This document shows positions 1 through 10,559 of a DNA stretch of 64,000 nt, one piece after another (position 1 is the stretch's first letter; each line of letters begins with the position of its first letter). The position numbers and the translations under genes are program-made. Origin of the DNA: Puccinia triticina. Lineage: Eukaryota. The notes beneath the pieces are model-generated. The model was not told where the DNA came from. It ran no database searches and saw nothing but the letters and a program-made list of their open reading frames with translations. Location of the stretch: NCBI GenBank assembly GCA_026914245.1, contig CP110439.1:5270001-5334000 (forward strand), given 5' to 3'.

Positions 1-426
1 CGTACCAAAAAAAACATCCTTTATTCTCTTTTTGTTTAGATGCTTATAACAAAAAACAAACCACCATCTTCTCATTTTTTCTGAAATATAAATCATTTCT
101 CTACCTTTTTTGTCTCAGCTTTTTTGAATCATCATTGGTCGTTGATCTACATGTCAAAAGCGAGGAGGAAGCTGGGGTGGAAGTGGTAACGGTCCCAGTT
201 CGAATACTTTTCGAATGTTCATTCACAAAGGCGGCACTCGGACAATAGAGCCATCAGGTATTGCCAAACATGAATCAAGATTCGAGGAGAAGTGGGGTCC
301 AGGAAAAATTCCGGTTTCGCCTGCATACTTTAGCCCGGCTACAGACCCTAACTTAACTAAGTCCCACCCTCCTACAGGTGGAGTGGTAAAACACTGGTCG
401 CATTGGGCGGGTCCCTGCGGGACAGC

Positions 427-815
427 TGTGAAGGCCAACCTACTCGGCTTATCTCAATTGGCAAGGTAGCCTAGCATAAGCGAGAGGAGGAAGGATTATT
501 CTCGTAGAAACTCTAATGAGAATAACCTTTAACACGATGGGATAAAGGATGTTACTTCTATGTTGATAAAATGTAAAGAACAAGAATATCGAGATAAAGA
601 AAAGAGGAAAGAGGAACAAAGACGAAGAGAGAAACGAGAATATAACAAAACTCTCGGAACAATATTTCTAAAACAACTGAGTATTAATTCGTAAATAAAA
701 AACTCACAATTGTTAAGCGCATGATTCATCAATCAGATGACATCATTTCTCTTGATTATCTAAACATTAGTTAATATAATTTAAAATAATAACAACCGAT
801 AAGCCAGTCGTTACA
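427..815 (-). repeat. 3' LTR of Gypsy
   Basis: Direct repeat of 6380-6768. Confidence 0.97.
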
Positions 816-834
816 AATTAGACTGACCTTATAC

Positions 835-3800
835 TCACAAGTCTCCCAAAACTGTATTAGTAATTTTCGCCTTCTTCTTCTTACCCAATCCAAACAATTC
901 ACCATGAGTTCTTCGAAATATTTCAATTGTAGATCTCAAGCGTTCAGGAATATGAGACTCAGTAATCCAAGTATCTTCTCCTGTTGTCGCATTTTTCCAA
1001 GAGATCAAATATTCATACTTACCTTTCCTAAACTCCCGCGCATCCAAAATCGACCTAATAGCACTCCAATCTACAACTTGATCATCAGTATAGTACTTAT
1101 CCTTAATACCTTCATTTAAACCTCTATTTATCAAACTATTTGGCCCGAAATACCTAACCACCAACGAAACATTAAACACTGGATGTAGCTTTGGGTATTC
1201 CTTCTGTATATTTAAATGAACTGCATTAGTTCCAACCATTTTTTCTACCTGAAAAGGTCCAATATAACGATAATCCAATTTTGAATTTAGACACCGAGTT
1301 TTTATGAATTTCCTCAGCAACAACACCCATTCGCCTTCCTTATAAATCGGCGCAGGCTTCCGCTTCAGATTATAATATTTCGCCTGTTTTATCCTTGCCA
1401 AGTCCAAACACTCCATTGCTGTTTCCTGTGTCTCCTGCAAATCAGTAATAAAAGTATCCAAATCCTTGCGACCGCGAGATTCGGTTAAAATGTTAAACTT
1501 GGGATGATGACCGTAAGTGAAAAAGAAAGGAGAAATCTTCAAGCTTGCCGAATCTAAATTATTTATGGCGAATTCTGCCATATCCAACGCTTTATCCCAG
1601 TTATCCTGGTAATAAGAACAATAATGCCGCAAGTAGTCTTCTAATACTTGATTCATCCTTTCGGTCTGACCATCCGTCTGCGGATGATATGCCGTGGACA
1701 AGGAGCTCCTAATATTCAATGCCGTCATTAGAGATTTCCAAAACTCACTCACAAACGTAGCACCCCTATCCGACACGATGCGCTCCGGCAGCCCATGTAA
1801 TCTAAATATATTTTTTCGAAACAGGTTTGCCAAAACTGCCGACGAAGAAGCTTCCTTGCAAGGAATAAAGTGTGTCAACTTACTTAACAGATCTATTACT
1901 ACTAAAATAGAATCAAACCCCCCCGAAAGGGGTAACTTAGTGATCATATCCATACCGATCATACTCCAAGGCTTCGCATCTGCTACTAAAGATACCAATT
2001 TACCATCCGCTGGTTGTCGCCGAGCCTTCACTCTTTGACATGAATCACAAGTCTTAATGTAACTGATCACTGACGCTTTAACCCGTGGCCAAGAAAAAGT
2101 GCGAGTAAGAATTGATAGAGTTCGCGCAATCCCTGGATGTCCCACAGTCGGTGAATCGTGATACATACCCAAAATCCTGACGCGAAGAGACGACGGGACT
2201 AGAATTCTATCTTGATACCATATCACACCATCAACAGCCAAAACGCCCTTCAAATTCAAATCTTCATTAGTATAATGTTTAGAAAAATAATCCAACAAAC
2301 TTTCATTCGGTCGTTGAAAACCCATGTCATGAACCCCATGAAAACCCACAGTCGCACCCCCATCCGCTAAATCCATTTCTTCACACAAAACCAATTTCCT
2401 GGAAATGGTTTCAGACTCTAGAATTGCCGACCGCGAACCTACAAAGTCCTCTCTCCGACTTGGTCCGTCCGCTGGATTCTTCGCACCCGAAATATGATAA
2501 ATTAACATATTAAAAGCATCCAAAAATCCCGCCCAACGAGCTTGCTTTGGTGAAAGATATTTAGCAGTTTTAAAATGTAAAAGATTCGAGTGATCAGAAA
2601 AAACTTGAACAGGTTCCGACGTACCCATTAACCATGCTCTCCAATCTTCAAACGCCGCAACAATTGCCAGCAACTCGATATCAAAAATAGGCCAAGATCT
2701 TTCCCTATCTGTCAATTTTCTGGAAAAGTAACTGACCGGAAATATATTTCCTTCCGAATCCTGTTGACTTAAGACCGCGGCGATAGCAAAACCCGACGCA
2801 TCACAATGCACTATGCGTATCTTATCAAAATCAAAATGTCGCAATAACGGTTCATCCATAAACAAAGACTTCAAACGTTCAAACGCTCTTACCGATTCCG
2901 CTGTCCTAAAACCTACGCTCTCTCCGATCTTTACTTGCGTCAAGGTAGTGAGCGGTCCCGCAACTCGGGAAAAATTCGGTATAAACTTTCTATAAAAATT
3001 TGTAAAACCTAAAAACCTTCGTAAACCCTTTAGATTAGTCGGATACAGCCAATCTCTAATAGTATCCAACTTCTTTCTGTTCATTTTCAAACCTTCCGCT
3101 TTAATGTCGAAACCTAAGAATGTCACCTGTGAACAGAAAAACTCACACTTAGATAATGAAGCTTTTAATGAGTATTCTCTCAATTTTGTTAATATCTTAC
3201 GCAAATCCTCAAAATGTTGCTGTTCGGTTTGAGAAAAAATCAGAATATCATCAATGTAAACAAAACAACATACATCCAAATATTCTCGTAAGACGTGCTG
3301 AATAAACCGTTGAAAAGTCGCCGGTGCATTTGCTAGACCAAAAGGCATAACTAAGTATTCATAAAGTCCCCAAGGAGTGCGGAATGCTGTTTTCCACTCG
3401 TGCCCCTCCGCTACGCGCAATAAGTTAAAAGCTGCTTTCAAGTCAATCTTTGACAAAAACTTACAACCTTGTAAGTTATTCAACAACTGAGAGACAACGG
3501 GTAATGGATAAGAATCTCTTACGGTCATACCATTTAATAAACGATAATCCACACAAGGCCTATCCGCCTTACCCTCCATTTTCACATAAAAGATAGGAGA
3601 AGCCGCCGCAGAAGAAGAAATCCTAATGAAACCTTTCTTGACATTGTCATCGACATAAGCGCGCAATTGATCTCGTTCCACCTTACTTAGATTATACATC
3701 TTGCCAAAAGGAGGAGTTGAATTATCCTTTAAATTTACTTCACAATCAAATCCCGCTCGATGAGGAGGAAGAGACGACAAACTTTCAGTTACAAAAACAT

Positions 3801-6204
3801 CTGAAAATTCTTTCAATAAATTTGAACCTGTCGGAAAAGTCTTAACAGGGGTAGAAACCTCACAACCATGAATCACAATGTCATTCGAAACTCCACCAAT
3901 GAAAGTATTGGTCGCACTTAACCAAGTACTCCCTAAAATAATAGCCGCCGATGATAGCTTAGTAATATATAAACGCACGGAAGAATGAAGAAATTTGTCC
4001 CCCACAGTGGGGATCAAAATGAAACCATCTATGAAATAAAACACATCTCCAGATACCGGAGCCGATCCATCAAACGAACGCACTCGAAGGCCGCAATCTA
4101 ATCTATTTTTCTTTAACTTATTCTGCGAAACAAACGATTCATCAATGAAAGAAGTGGAAGCACCCGAGTCAACCAAAACAGAAACATCAATTAGCTCCGA
4201 TCTCCGTACCAATATCTTCCCGTCAAAAAACGGTCTGTTACTCGGAATATCAGGCTTCTTGACAATGTTCTTAAACTTACGGTTTTCTTCTTCCTCGTCA
4301 TGTTCCGCTTCCATCATTTGCCGATGAAACAAGATGTCGCTAATCGACCAAGGCTCCGCTGACACTGAATCCAAAGCCTCCAATCTGGAAGGACCTGCTT
4401 GACGATCGGAAGAAGCCCCATCCCCCACCGGAACATTCGAAGGACCAGAACCTCCAGGAGCGTGAGAACCAGAACCAGACGCGACCGCCGAAGCTCTAGA
4501 GCCGTTTTGAAAACCCGAAACTGCTGGGGGAGAATCTTGATGTGACCTCTTCGCTGATCCAGGATGAGATATCTCCGAGATAGACTCCCTCTTCTTCCCT
4601 TTGCCCACAGTAGATTCCCGACGAAACTCGCGAGGGGAGTCCAAACGTTCTTCCCTCAAATCCTCACGAAGAGCGCCCCCCATCTCCTTCCATAAACGTA
4701 GAATATCCGGTCGACGTAAGCGTTGATTATCTGGAAGAGGACAACCGTGAATAACTTCATGCTCGTTATCATAAGATTCACCACATCGGATGCAAAGATG
4801 ACGCTTGCGACATTCATTCCGAAAATTGACAAAAGAGAATCCTTCAGAAGACTCCATAGCGTCTAAATCCATAGGAACCGGGTGAGATGGCTTCGCAGAA
4901 GGGGGCGGAACTACTGGTCTTGCTTCAATTCGGGGAGCGACAGGCGGATTAGGACGGCGCTGACTAATTAAAGCTACGCGTGGAACGTCAACCAAAAGTT
5001 TCACCGCCATTTGCATCTTTGCTTCTAAAGTCGACAAATCGTTCCAGCCTCCCCTGATTGCCGCAAGATCCAAGATTCTCGGGTTGATAGCCGCCTCATA
5101 AACTTCCATCTGAGATGCATCCAAAAGCTCCACGCCATAGAGCAAGGTTCTAAAATGAATGTTGAAATCCCCAATGGGACGGGAACCTTGTCGAAGAGCC
5201 AACAACTGTCGCCTAGCATCTTCTTCTTCAGTATGATTAGAAAAGGTGTTTTCGAGAGCAGAAAGAAAGCCGTCCGATGTTAATAATTCATCGATGACAT
5301 ACTCCGTTAATGCTGAAGCCCTCCTCGCATCCAACCCTTGAGTGTGTGCATTACGAGCCAACAAACTACGCCACCACGAATACGACGCACACGGATCACC
5401 AATACGACCCGAAGCCGCTCTAAAATATGAAGCTATCCAAAGAATGCGTTGCCGATCGCCAGCAAAATGATTTGGGAGTCGAGCGAAAGTATCTCGAACA
5501 AGAGAAGCGAAACGATGAGTCTCCGTAACATCGCCAGAAAAATAGATATGAGAGAAAAACGGTGGTTCTGGGATATTCTGAACTGCCTGACGAGCCGGGA
5601 CGACCGCTGGCTCCTCCAACCGAGCCAAACGAACATTGGTTGCCACGTTCGCTGCATCGACAATCCCTCGAACTTCTTGAAACTCGCGCTGTAAACTGCC
5701 CCTCAAACGCGTCACGTCCGTCGCAAAAACTCGTAATTCATTCAATTCGCGAATAGAATTTTCAGCCCGGCGAAGATTGTCCTCCATTCGGCGAGATTCG
5801 ATTTGCAAATTGGCGATAGACTGCGCATGAGAGAGAATCGTATTGTCCCGATCCAAACCATCATTAACTCGCAAACCGGACAATAAATCAGAAACATTCG
5901 GAGTGGGAGGAATTATAGGAATGATAGGAGTGGTGAAATGAGGATTAGTATTAGGACGATGATTAAGATCGATAATACCCGGAATGGGACGAGGAACAAA
6001 GTTAGGCGGTTCCGGTCCGGGATCAGGAAGAGTATTATAAGGAGGGGGAATAGCATTATCAATTAAGGTGGCAGCGTCACTTTGAGGAGGAAGAACATTT
6101 GGTGTCGGAGAAAATTGGATAAACGGGGTGGAAGCGGTAGTAGTAGCGTTAGGAAAAGGCATTCGATGAGAAGATCGCTCAAGGGGAGAAGAGTTATCAG
6201 ACAT
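835..6204 (-). CDS. Gag-Pol polyprotein (Gag, Cys/His knuckle, protease, RT, RNase H, integrase, chromodomain)
   Basis: Frame is open to 6261, first ATG at 6204; motifs LVDSGA, PFGL..APATFQ, YIDD, HCDAS, HPG..CDSC, YHPQTDGQTER; C-terminal YEYLISWK...TW chromodomain-like segment. Confidence 0.97.
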   Translation of the reverse strand: MSDNSSPLERSSHRMPFPNATTTASTPFIQFSPTPNVLPPQSDAATLIDNAIPPPYNTLPDPGPEPPNFVPRPIPGIIDLNHRPNTNPHFTTPIIPIIPPTPNVSDLLSGLRVNDGLDRDNTILSHAQSIANLQIESRRMEDNLRRAENSIRELNELRVFATDVTRLRGSLQREFQEVRGIVDAANVATNVRLARLEEPAVVPARQAVQNIPEPPFFSHIYFSGDVTETHRFASLVRDTFARLPNHFAGDRQRILWIASYFRAASGRIGDPCASYSWWRSLLARNAHTQGLDARRASALTEYVIDELLTSDGFLSALENTFSNHTEEEDARRQLLALRQGSRPIGDFNIHFRTLLYGVELLDASQMEVYEAAINPRILDLAAIRGGWNDLSTLEAKMQMAVKLLVDVPRVALISQRRPNPPVAPRIEARPVVPPPSAKPSHPVPMDLDAMESSEGFSFVNFRNECRKRHLCIRCGESYDNEHEVIHGCPLPDNQRLRRPDILRLWKEMGGALREDLREERLDSPREFRRESTVGKGKKRESISEISHPGSAKRSHQDSPPAVSGFQNGSRASAVASGSGSHAPGGSGPSNVPVGDGASSDRQAGPSRLEALDSVSAEPWSISDILFHRQMMEAEHDEEEENRKFKNIVKKPDIPSNRPFFDGKILVRRSELIDVSVLVDSGASTSFIDESFVSQNKLKKNRLDCGLRVRSFDGSAPVSGDVFYFIDGFILIPTVGDKFLHSSVRLYITKLSSAAIILGSTWLSATNTFIGGVSNDIVIHGCEVSTPVKTFPTGSNLLKEFSDVFVTESLSSLPPHRAGFDCEVNLKDNSTPPFGKMYNLSKVERDQLRAYVDDNVKKGFIRISSSAAASPIFYVKMEGKADRPCVDYRLLNGMTVRDSYPLPVVSQLLNNLQGCKFLSKIDLKAAFNLLRVAEGHEWKTAFRTPWGLYEYLVMPFGLANAPATFQRFIQHVLREYLDVCCFVYIDDILIFSQTEQQHFEDLRKILTKLREYSLKASLSKCEFFCSQVTFLGFDIKAEGLKMNRKKLDTIRDWLYPTNLKGLRRFLGFTNFYRKFIPNFSRVAGPLTTLTQVKIGESVGFRTAESVRAFERLKSLFMDEPLLRHFDFDKIRIVHCDASGFAIAAVLSQQDSEGNIFPVSYFSRKLTDRERSWPIFDIELLAIVAAFEDWRAWLMGTSEPVQVFSDHSNLLHFKTAKYLSPKQARWAGFLDAFNMLIYHISGAKNPADGPSRREDFVGSRSAILESETISRKLVLCEEMDLADGGATVGFHGVHDMGFQRPNESLLDYFSKHYTNEDLNLKGVLAVDGVIWYQDRILVPSSLRVRILGMYHDSPTVGHPGIARTLSILTRTFSWPRVKASVISYIKTCDSCQRVKARRQPADGKLVSLVADAKPWSMIGMDMITKLPLSGGFDSILVVIDLLSKLTHFIPCKEASSSAVLANLFRKNIFRLHGLPERIVSDRGATFVSEFWKSLMTALNIRSSLSTAYHPQTDGQTERMNQVLEDYLRHYCSYYQDNWDKALDMAEFAINNLDSASLKISPFFFTYGHHPKFNILTESRGRKDLDTFITDLQETQETAMECLDLARIKQAKYYNLKRKPAPIYKEGEWVLLLRKFIKTRCLNSKLDYRYIGPFQVEKMVGTNAVHLNIQKEYPKLHPVFNVSLVVRYFGPNSLINRGLNEGIKDKYYTDDQVVDWSAIRSILDAREFRKGKYEYLISWKNATTGEDTWITESHIPERLRSTIEIFRRTHGELFGLGKKKKAKITNTVLGDL

Positions 6205-6366
6205 GATACCACCGAAAAAGCAATCGCCCGAAAATCTTGAGTGTTGAGTATGATTGAACACAAGACTTGAAAATTCGTGAATGAATCTAAAAAAAATTTT
6301 CTTCCTTTAGCTTTTGAGTAAACAAGATTCCAAGAACGTTATTTGTTGAGGAATCTGAGTATGAAG

Positions 6367-6376
6367 ATCTCGATAT
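6367..6376 (-). promoter_or_regulatory. Putative self-priming primer-binding site
   Basis: ATATCGAGAT on the minus strand, 3 nt inside the 5' LTR, is complementary to LTR positions 6539-6548; no TGG-type tRNA PBS present. Confidence 0.6.
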
Positions 6377-6379
6377 AAT

Positions 6380-6768
6380 TGTGAAGGCCAACCTACTCGG
6401 CTTATCTCAATTGGCAAGGTAGCCTAGCATAAGCGAGAGGAGGAAGGATTATTCTCGTAGAAACTCTAATGAGAATAACCTTTAACACGATGGGATAAAG
6501 GATGTTACTTCTATGTTGATAAAATGTAAAGAACAAGAATATCGAGATAAAGAAAAGAGGAAAGAGGAACAAAGACGAAGAGAGAAACGAGAATATAACA
6601 AAACTCTCGGAACAATATTTCTAAAACAACTGAGTATTAATTCGTAAATAAAAAACTCACAATTGTTAAGCGCATGATTCATCAATCAGATGACATCATT
6701 TCTCTTGATTATCTAAACATTAGTTAATATAATTTAAAATAATAACAACCAATAAGCCAGTCGTTACA
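6380..6768 (-). repeat. 5' LTR of Gypsy
   Basis: Direct repeat of 427-815. Confidence 0.97.
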
Positions 6769-6807
6769 ACAGCGTCCCCCCTCAAATAGAGGGACTTTGT
6801 TAAGTTA

Positions 6808-7159
6808 CAGCAATGTCAGAAAAGCTTGCGGCCAGCTTTTGGACCGCTGACTTCAGCCTCAAAGCCTGTATGGCTCCTGTACATCAGGAATGCCATCAGA
6901 AGAAAAAACCCAGTTTCTTTGTTTTCCACTTTGGGGCCTTGAGGGCCCCACCGTTGGATTCCTGGAGCGATTTTACTTCGATCTAGCCCTTCGCCGCCCC
7001 TGCCTCCCTCGCCCCTCGCCCGGCCCGGCACCCATGTCAAGTGAAACCAGCTGCCCGAACGGGTTTTGTCTGCCTGTACAGTGAAGCTGTACAGGCCTGT
7101 GGCTGAAATGCAGAAGTCATTTCAGCCACAAAATTTGGCAAGCTTTTCTGACATTGCTG
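6808..7159. mobile_element. Tc1/mariner-like MITE
   Basis: TIR CAGCAATGTCAGAAAAGCTTGC and GCAAGCTTTTCTGACATTGCTG, each flanked by TA. Confidence 0.9.
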
Positions 7160-7628
7160 TAGCTACAGACCCCGACACTGTCCCTCAACAGGCTACACAA
7201 GGCTACAATTCTTCTGCTGCTCCTGGTATAGAGCGAACGGGTTGACCTCACACTTTCTTTGCACCCCGGTCGATACGCGATATGTTTTCGAAGCGCCAAC
7301 GACTAATCATTCTGTGCTGCTTTCAAGCCGCTCGCTATATAGCCCGACCTACCCCATCATTGCAAATCATTCACAAAGCAGATCAAGCAGCAGAAGGTAT
7401 TTTCCTCAGTTTCCTCTTTTCCTAGGTGGTTTCTTCGAAAAACGCAAGCCATGCGATCCACTGCCAGTGTCACTTGAAACACGGGAACCATTTTCTCTCT
7501 TTTTCTAGTTGCCATAGATAGTCAACGGCCTTCAAGTTCCGAAATAATTTTGTCGGTTTTGTATGGACCTTCAGATCCCCAACCAGCCGGGCTTCCAGTC
7601 GCTCAGAAACGTCAGTCATGTACACGCC

Positions 7629-7937
7629 TCACTGCGTAGGTACTCCAGCTTGAGAAGCGAAGAAAGTGATCTTTTGCAAATAAAAACTCTCAGAAATAGG
7701 GCGTGCGGTCTCTCCGGAATCGAGACAAGGTACTTCGTTTCACAGCATCACTTTCTTTTCAACATTTCCCCAGCTTTAGAAATTCACTGCGTAGGTACTC
7801 CAGCTTGAGAAGCGAAGAAAGTGATCTTTTGCTAATAAAAACTCTCAGAAATAGGGCGTGCGGTCTCTCCGGAATCGAGACAAGGTACTTCGTTTCACAG
7901 CATCACTTTCTTTTCAACATTTCCCCAGCTTTAGAAA
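7629..7937 (+). repeat. Tandem duplication, 155-bp period, 2 copies
   Basis: 7629-7782 repeated at 7784-7937 with one visible mismatch. Confidence 0.95.
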
Positions 7938-9142
7938 CTGACACTAGAAACACTGGAACAAATACTAGGGCAAACCGCATTGGATAAGCAATTTACACTT
8001 TTGGGTATACATCTCTTAATGTTCAAAATCATCAGCTGCTATTATAGTGCGAGCAAGAGAGGACCAATGGGATCCAGAGGGCATCAGATGTCATTTTCGC
8101 GGCATGACGGGTTGAAGAAAATCGTTCGGGAAATAGAAGAGATTTACCAGTTAATAGAACTTTGCAGGCAAGATCCGTTGTTCAAGCTCACTGAGAAGGG
8201 GTTGGTGCTTGGTCCTCGGTACGGGGCTATGGCGCAATTGGTCGAAGTTATTTCCGAAGGAATAAAGTTTGTATTCTGTTCAGATTTCAATGTAACCATC
8301 AATTTCGAAAAATCAAGCTTTCTGATCATTTGCTACTTTTCAGATCAACTGTGCTTGACCTATCCAAGAGTACGACCTCCACAAAGCACATCAGAAAAAG
8401 CTGGACAGCAGGGAAAAGACTGGACGCCGGAACAAATGAATATGAATTTCTCGTTGGGACTGGTCCTGAACCAGGGAAACTGTCAGGGAATGATCTGGAT
8501 GCGCTCATGGATACTGTTACATGGGACTGGCTCAAAAGATTGAATGATCTGTTGCATCAAATTGTGCCGCTGTGGAAGGCGCGCCTAATGGGTCCCACAA
8601 ACAGACGTTATGAAGAACCTTCTGAATTATTTTTCCTCCAGCAATTGATTTTCAGAATTGTGGAACTTCTTTACAGCAGCAAAATAATCCCTCCGGAACA
8701 TCTCAAGAAATTCTTCACATTGAACGATACACCAGGATTTGCTAAAGTAAATTTAGATGCGGCTAGAGAGATTTCCGCTTCTCACCGCCCATTACCATTC
8801 CAAATTGCAACTCCTCAACACTATCGCGACTTGTGGCTCATTGTACCTAGATTAGCCAGCCTCAGTTATTCATCTATTTCGCGGGTTCGTCAGCTACAAA
8901 ATGATTTCCCTGATTGTTCCTCTGAAATAGACATGTAGTCACCTGCAAACTCAACAAAGTCCCAGCCTGAGGCTTTTCTGGAGGGACTGGTGTACTATCA
9001 CAAATTGTTTTCTGTCAATGTCTTCAGTTTTGGGGATACATAGTCAGCTTTTGGTGTCCAGAACCCAATCAATGGTACAACCACTTTGCTGCAGAACATG
9101 CAGCAGTTTTGGTGGCCACCCCGGTGTGCTGAAAGTAGCAGC

Positions 9143-10559
9143 AGGACCCCGGAAAGCCCCAACCAAGCCGCCTCATGTAATTTTGCTGATTTTGGGTTTT
9201 GGATACGTGGGGAAATTGGGTTTTTCCCAATTGAACCCAGTTTGGATACGTAGTGGATGACTTCCCTTTGTTGTTTAGAGAGCTCTAGATGCCCCTCTAA
9301 ATCCCAAATTAAGACACCTATCAAAAACTCAACCAGTGCACATGAAATTAATGAACTGTAGGGTTAGGAAAACATTTTCCTTTTTGTCAAAAATTAAGAA
9401 TTTGGGTTTGTAAATTGAGATCTGGGAGGCTCCCAGACTCGACGGGAAGTCCTCCAGTACATGAGGAGGATTTTTTGGGAGAAAGCCCCAACGGGGCAAA
9501 ATTAGACAAAAAAACACCTTTTTTTGGCCGGGAATTGAACCCAAGACCAACATGGTTGGTTTTTATTTCCAGGCAAGCCCAAAATATACCAACTACATTA
9601 GGAACATTTTGGAAAAATAAACCAATTTAGATACTTATCCGGTGATTTACATGAGGAGCATTTTGCAAAAAAATGTCCCCCGGATACGTGTTACATGAGG
9701 CGGCTTGTGTGAGCCTGAGTCTCTTAGGTGACAACAGGACACAAGGAAAAAGGGGGACACTGATTGAATTTCTTGGGATAAAGAAATACAAGCAGTGGAG
9801 AGAAGAGAAATAGAAGAGAGAAACTGAGAAGAGAGAAACTTGATCTGTTTGAGTTATGATTTAATAAGGGCCAAGCTCTACCTGGAAAAGTAAGCTGCCA
9901 ACTGTGCTAGAGATGCAACAGTCTCCACTCACACCAAGGAAACGGTGGTGGGAATCAGAAGTAGGATGACTACTCTGCTCTGGTTTTAAAGGTCTTAACA
10001 AGAGATAACCTATAGATCTTTTGATGTAGAAGAGAGAAACAGTAACTGGGAGAGAGCAGTCAAGAGCAACAGAGTTTCCTCTGAGATAAACAAGGTCAGT
10101 AGAAGAGGGTACTTACTGTCAATATCCTGTGGTGATACTGGGAGTGAAGTGGCCTCTGGTTAGTGATCCTGGGTGTCTCTGGGGTATGGTTCTGGTGTGC
10201 TGAAGTCTGTAGATCCTCCTCATGCAGGGGGGGATCCTGACTTCGAAAATTTTCAGAGTTTGCTTACATAATTACATATGTACAAGTGGTTGGCGCTCCT
10301 GGTAGCGCTGCCACGTCACAACTGCGCATGCGCGCCATAACTCAAGAACTCAGGGAAGGAGTAGAGTTACAAAGAAGTGGTAATTTGTAAGTAGGGTTAA
10401 AATTGCATGGGAAAGCAGAATATGAAGTCAAAACAAGGTTTTATATTAAGATGAAAAAGATATGAAGTAATTCATATGTAAAAAGGTAGAAAAGGCAGCT
10501 TTTAGGTCAGCTGTGTTCACTCTAAGGCTGAAAGCTTGGTAGGGGCTCTCCGGGGTCCT
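9143..10559. mobile_element. Non-autonomous TIR element carrying a solo LTR in its right TIR
   Basis: TIR AGGACCCCGGAAAGCCCCAACCAAGCCGCCTCATGTAA and its imperfect inverse; direct repeat GTAGCAGC at 9135-9142 and 10560-10567. Confidence 0.85.
9708..10533. mobile_element. Solo LTR (family copy 1)
   Basis: TGTGAGCC...GGCTGAAA (terminal CA mutated); TSD GCTTG; homologous to 15906-20791 and, inverted, to 17004-17972. Confidence 0.9.

Larger units (their letters stand above)
427..6768 (-). mobile_element. Full-length Ty3/Gypsy chromovirus-type LTR retrotransposon
   Basis: 389-bp TG...CA LTRs with one visible mismatch; 5-bp TSD ACAGC at 422-426 and 6769-6773; single uninterrupted gag-pol ORF. Confidence 0.98.
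348..7162. mobile_element. Mini hairpin-TIR element (~115 bp on its own), split by the Gypsy and a Tc1-like MITE
   Basis: Termini CTAACTTAACTAAGTCCC and GGGACTTTGTTAAGTTA(G); 9-bp direct repeat CTACAGACC at 339-347 and 7163-7171; internal GGGTCCCTGCGGGACAGCGTCCCC matches copies at about 42061, 42661 and 58547. Confidence 0.85.

Noticed and set aside
215..469. ORF that stays open across the reconstructed empty site to about 7245
   Set aside because: Short, no recognisable domain, upstream in-frame stop; not supportable
529..732. Identical 67-aa ORFs at 529-732 and 6482-6685
   Set aside because: By-product of LTR identity
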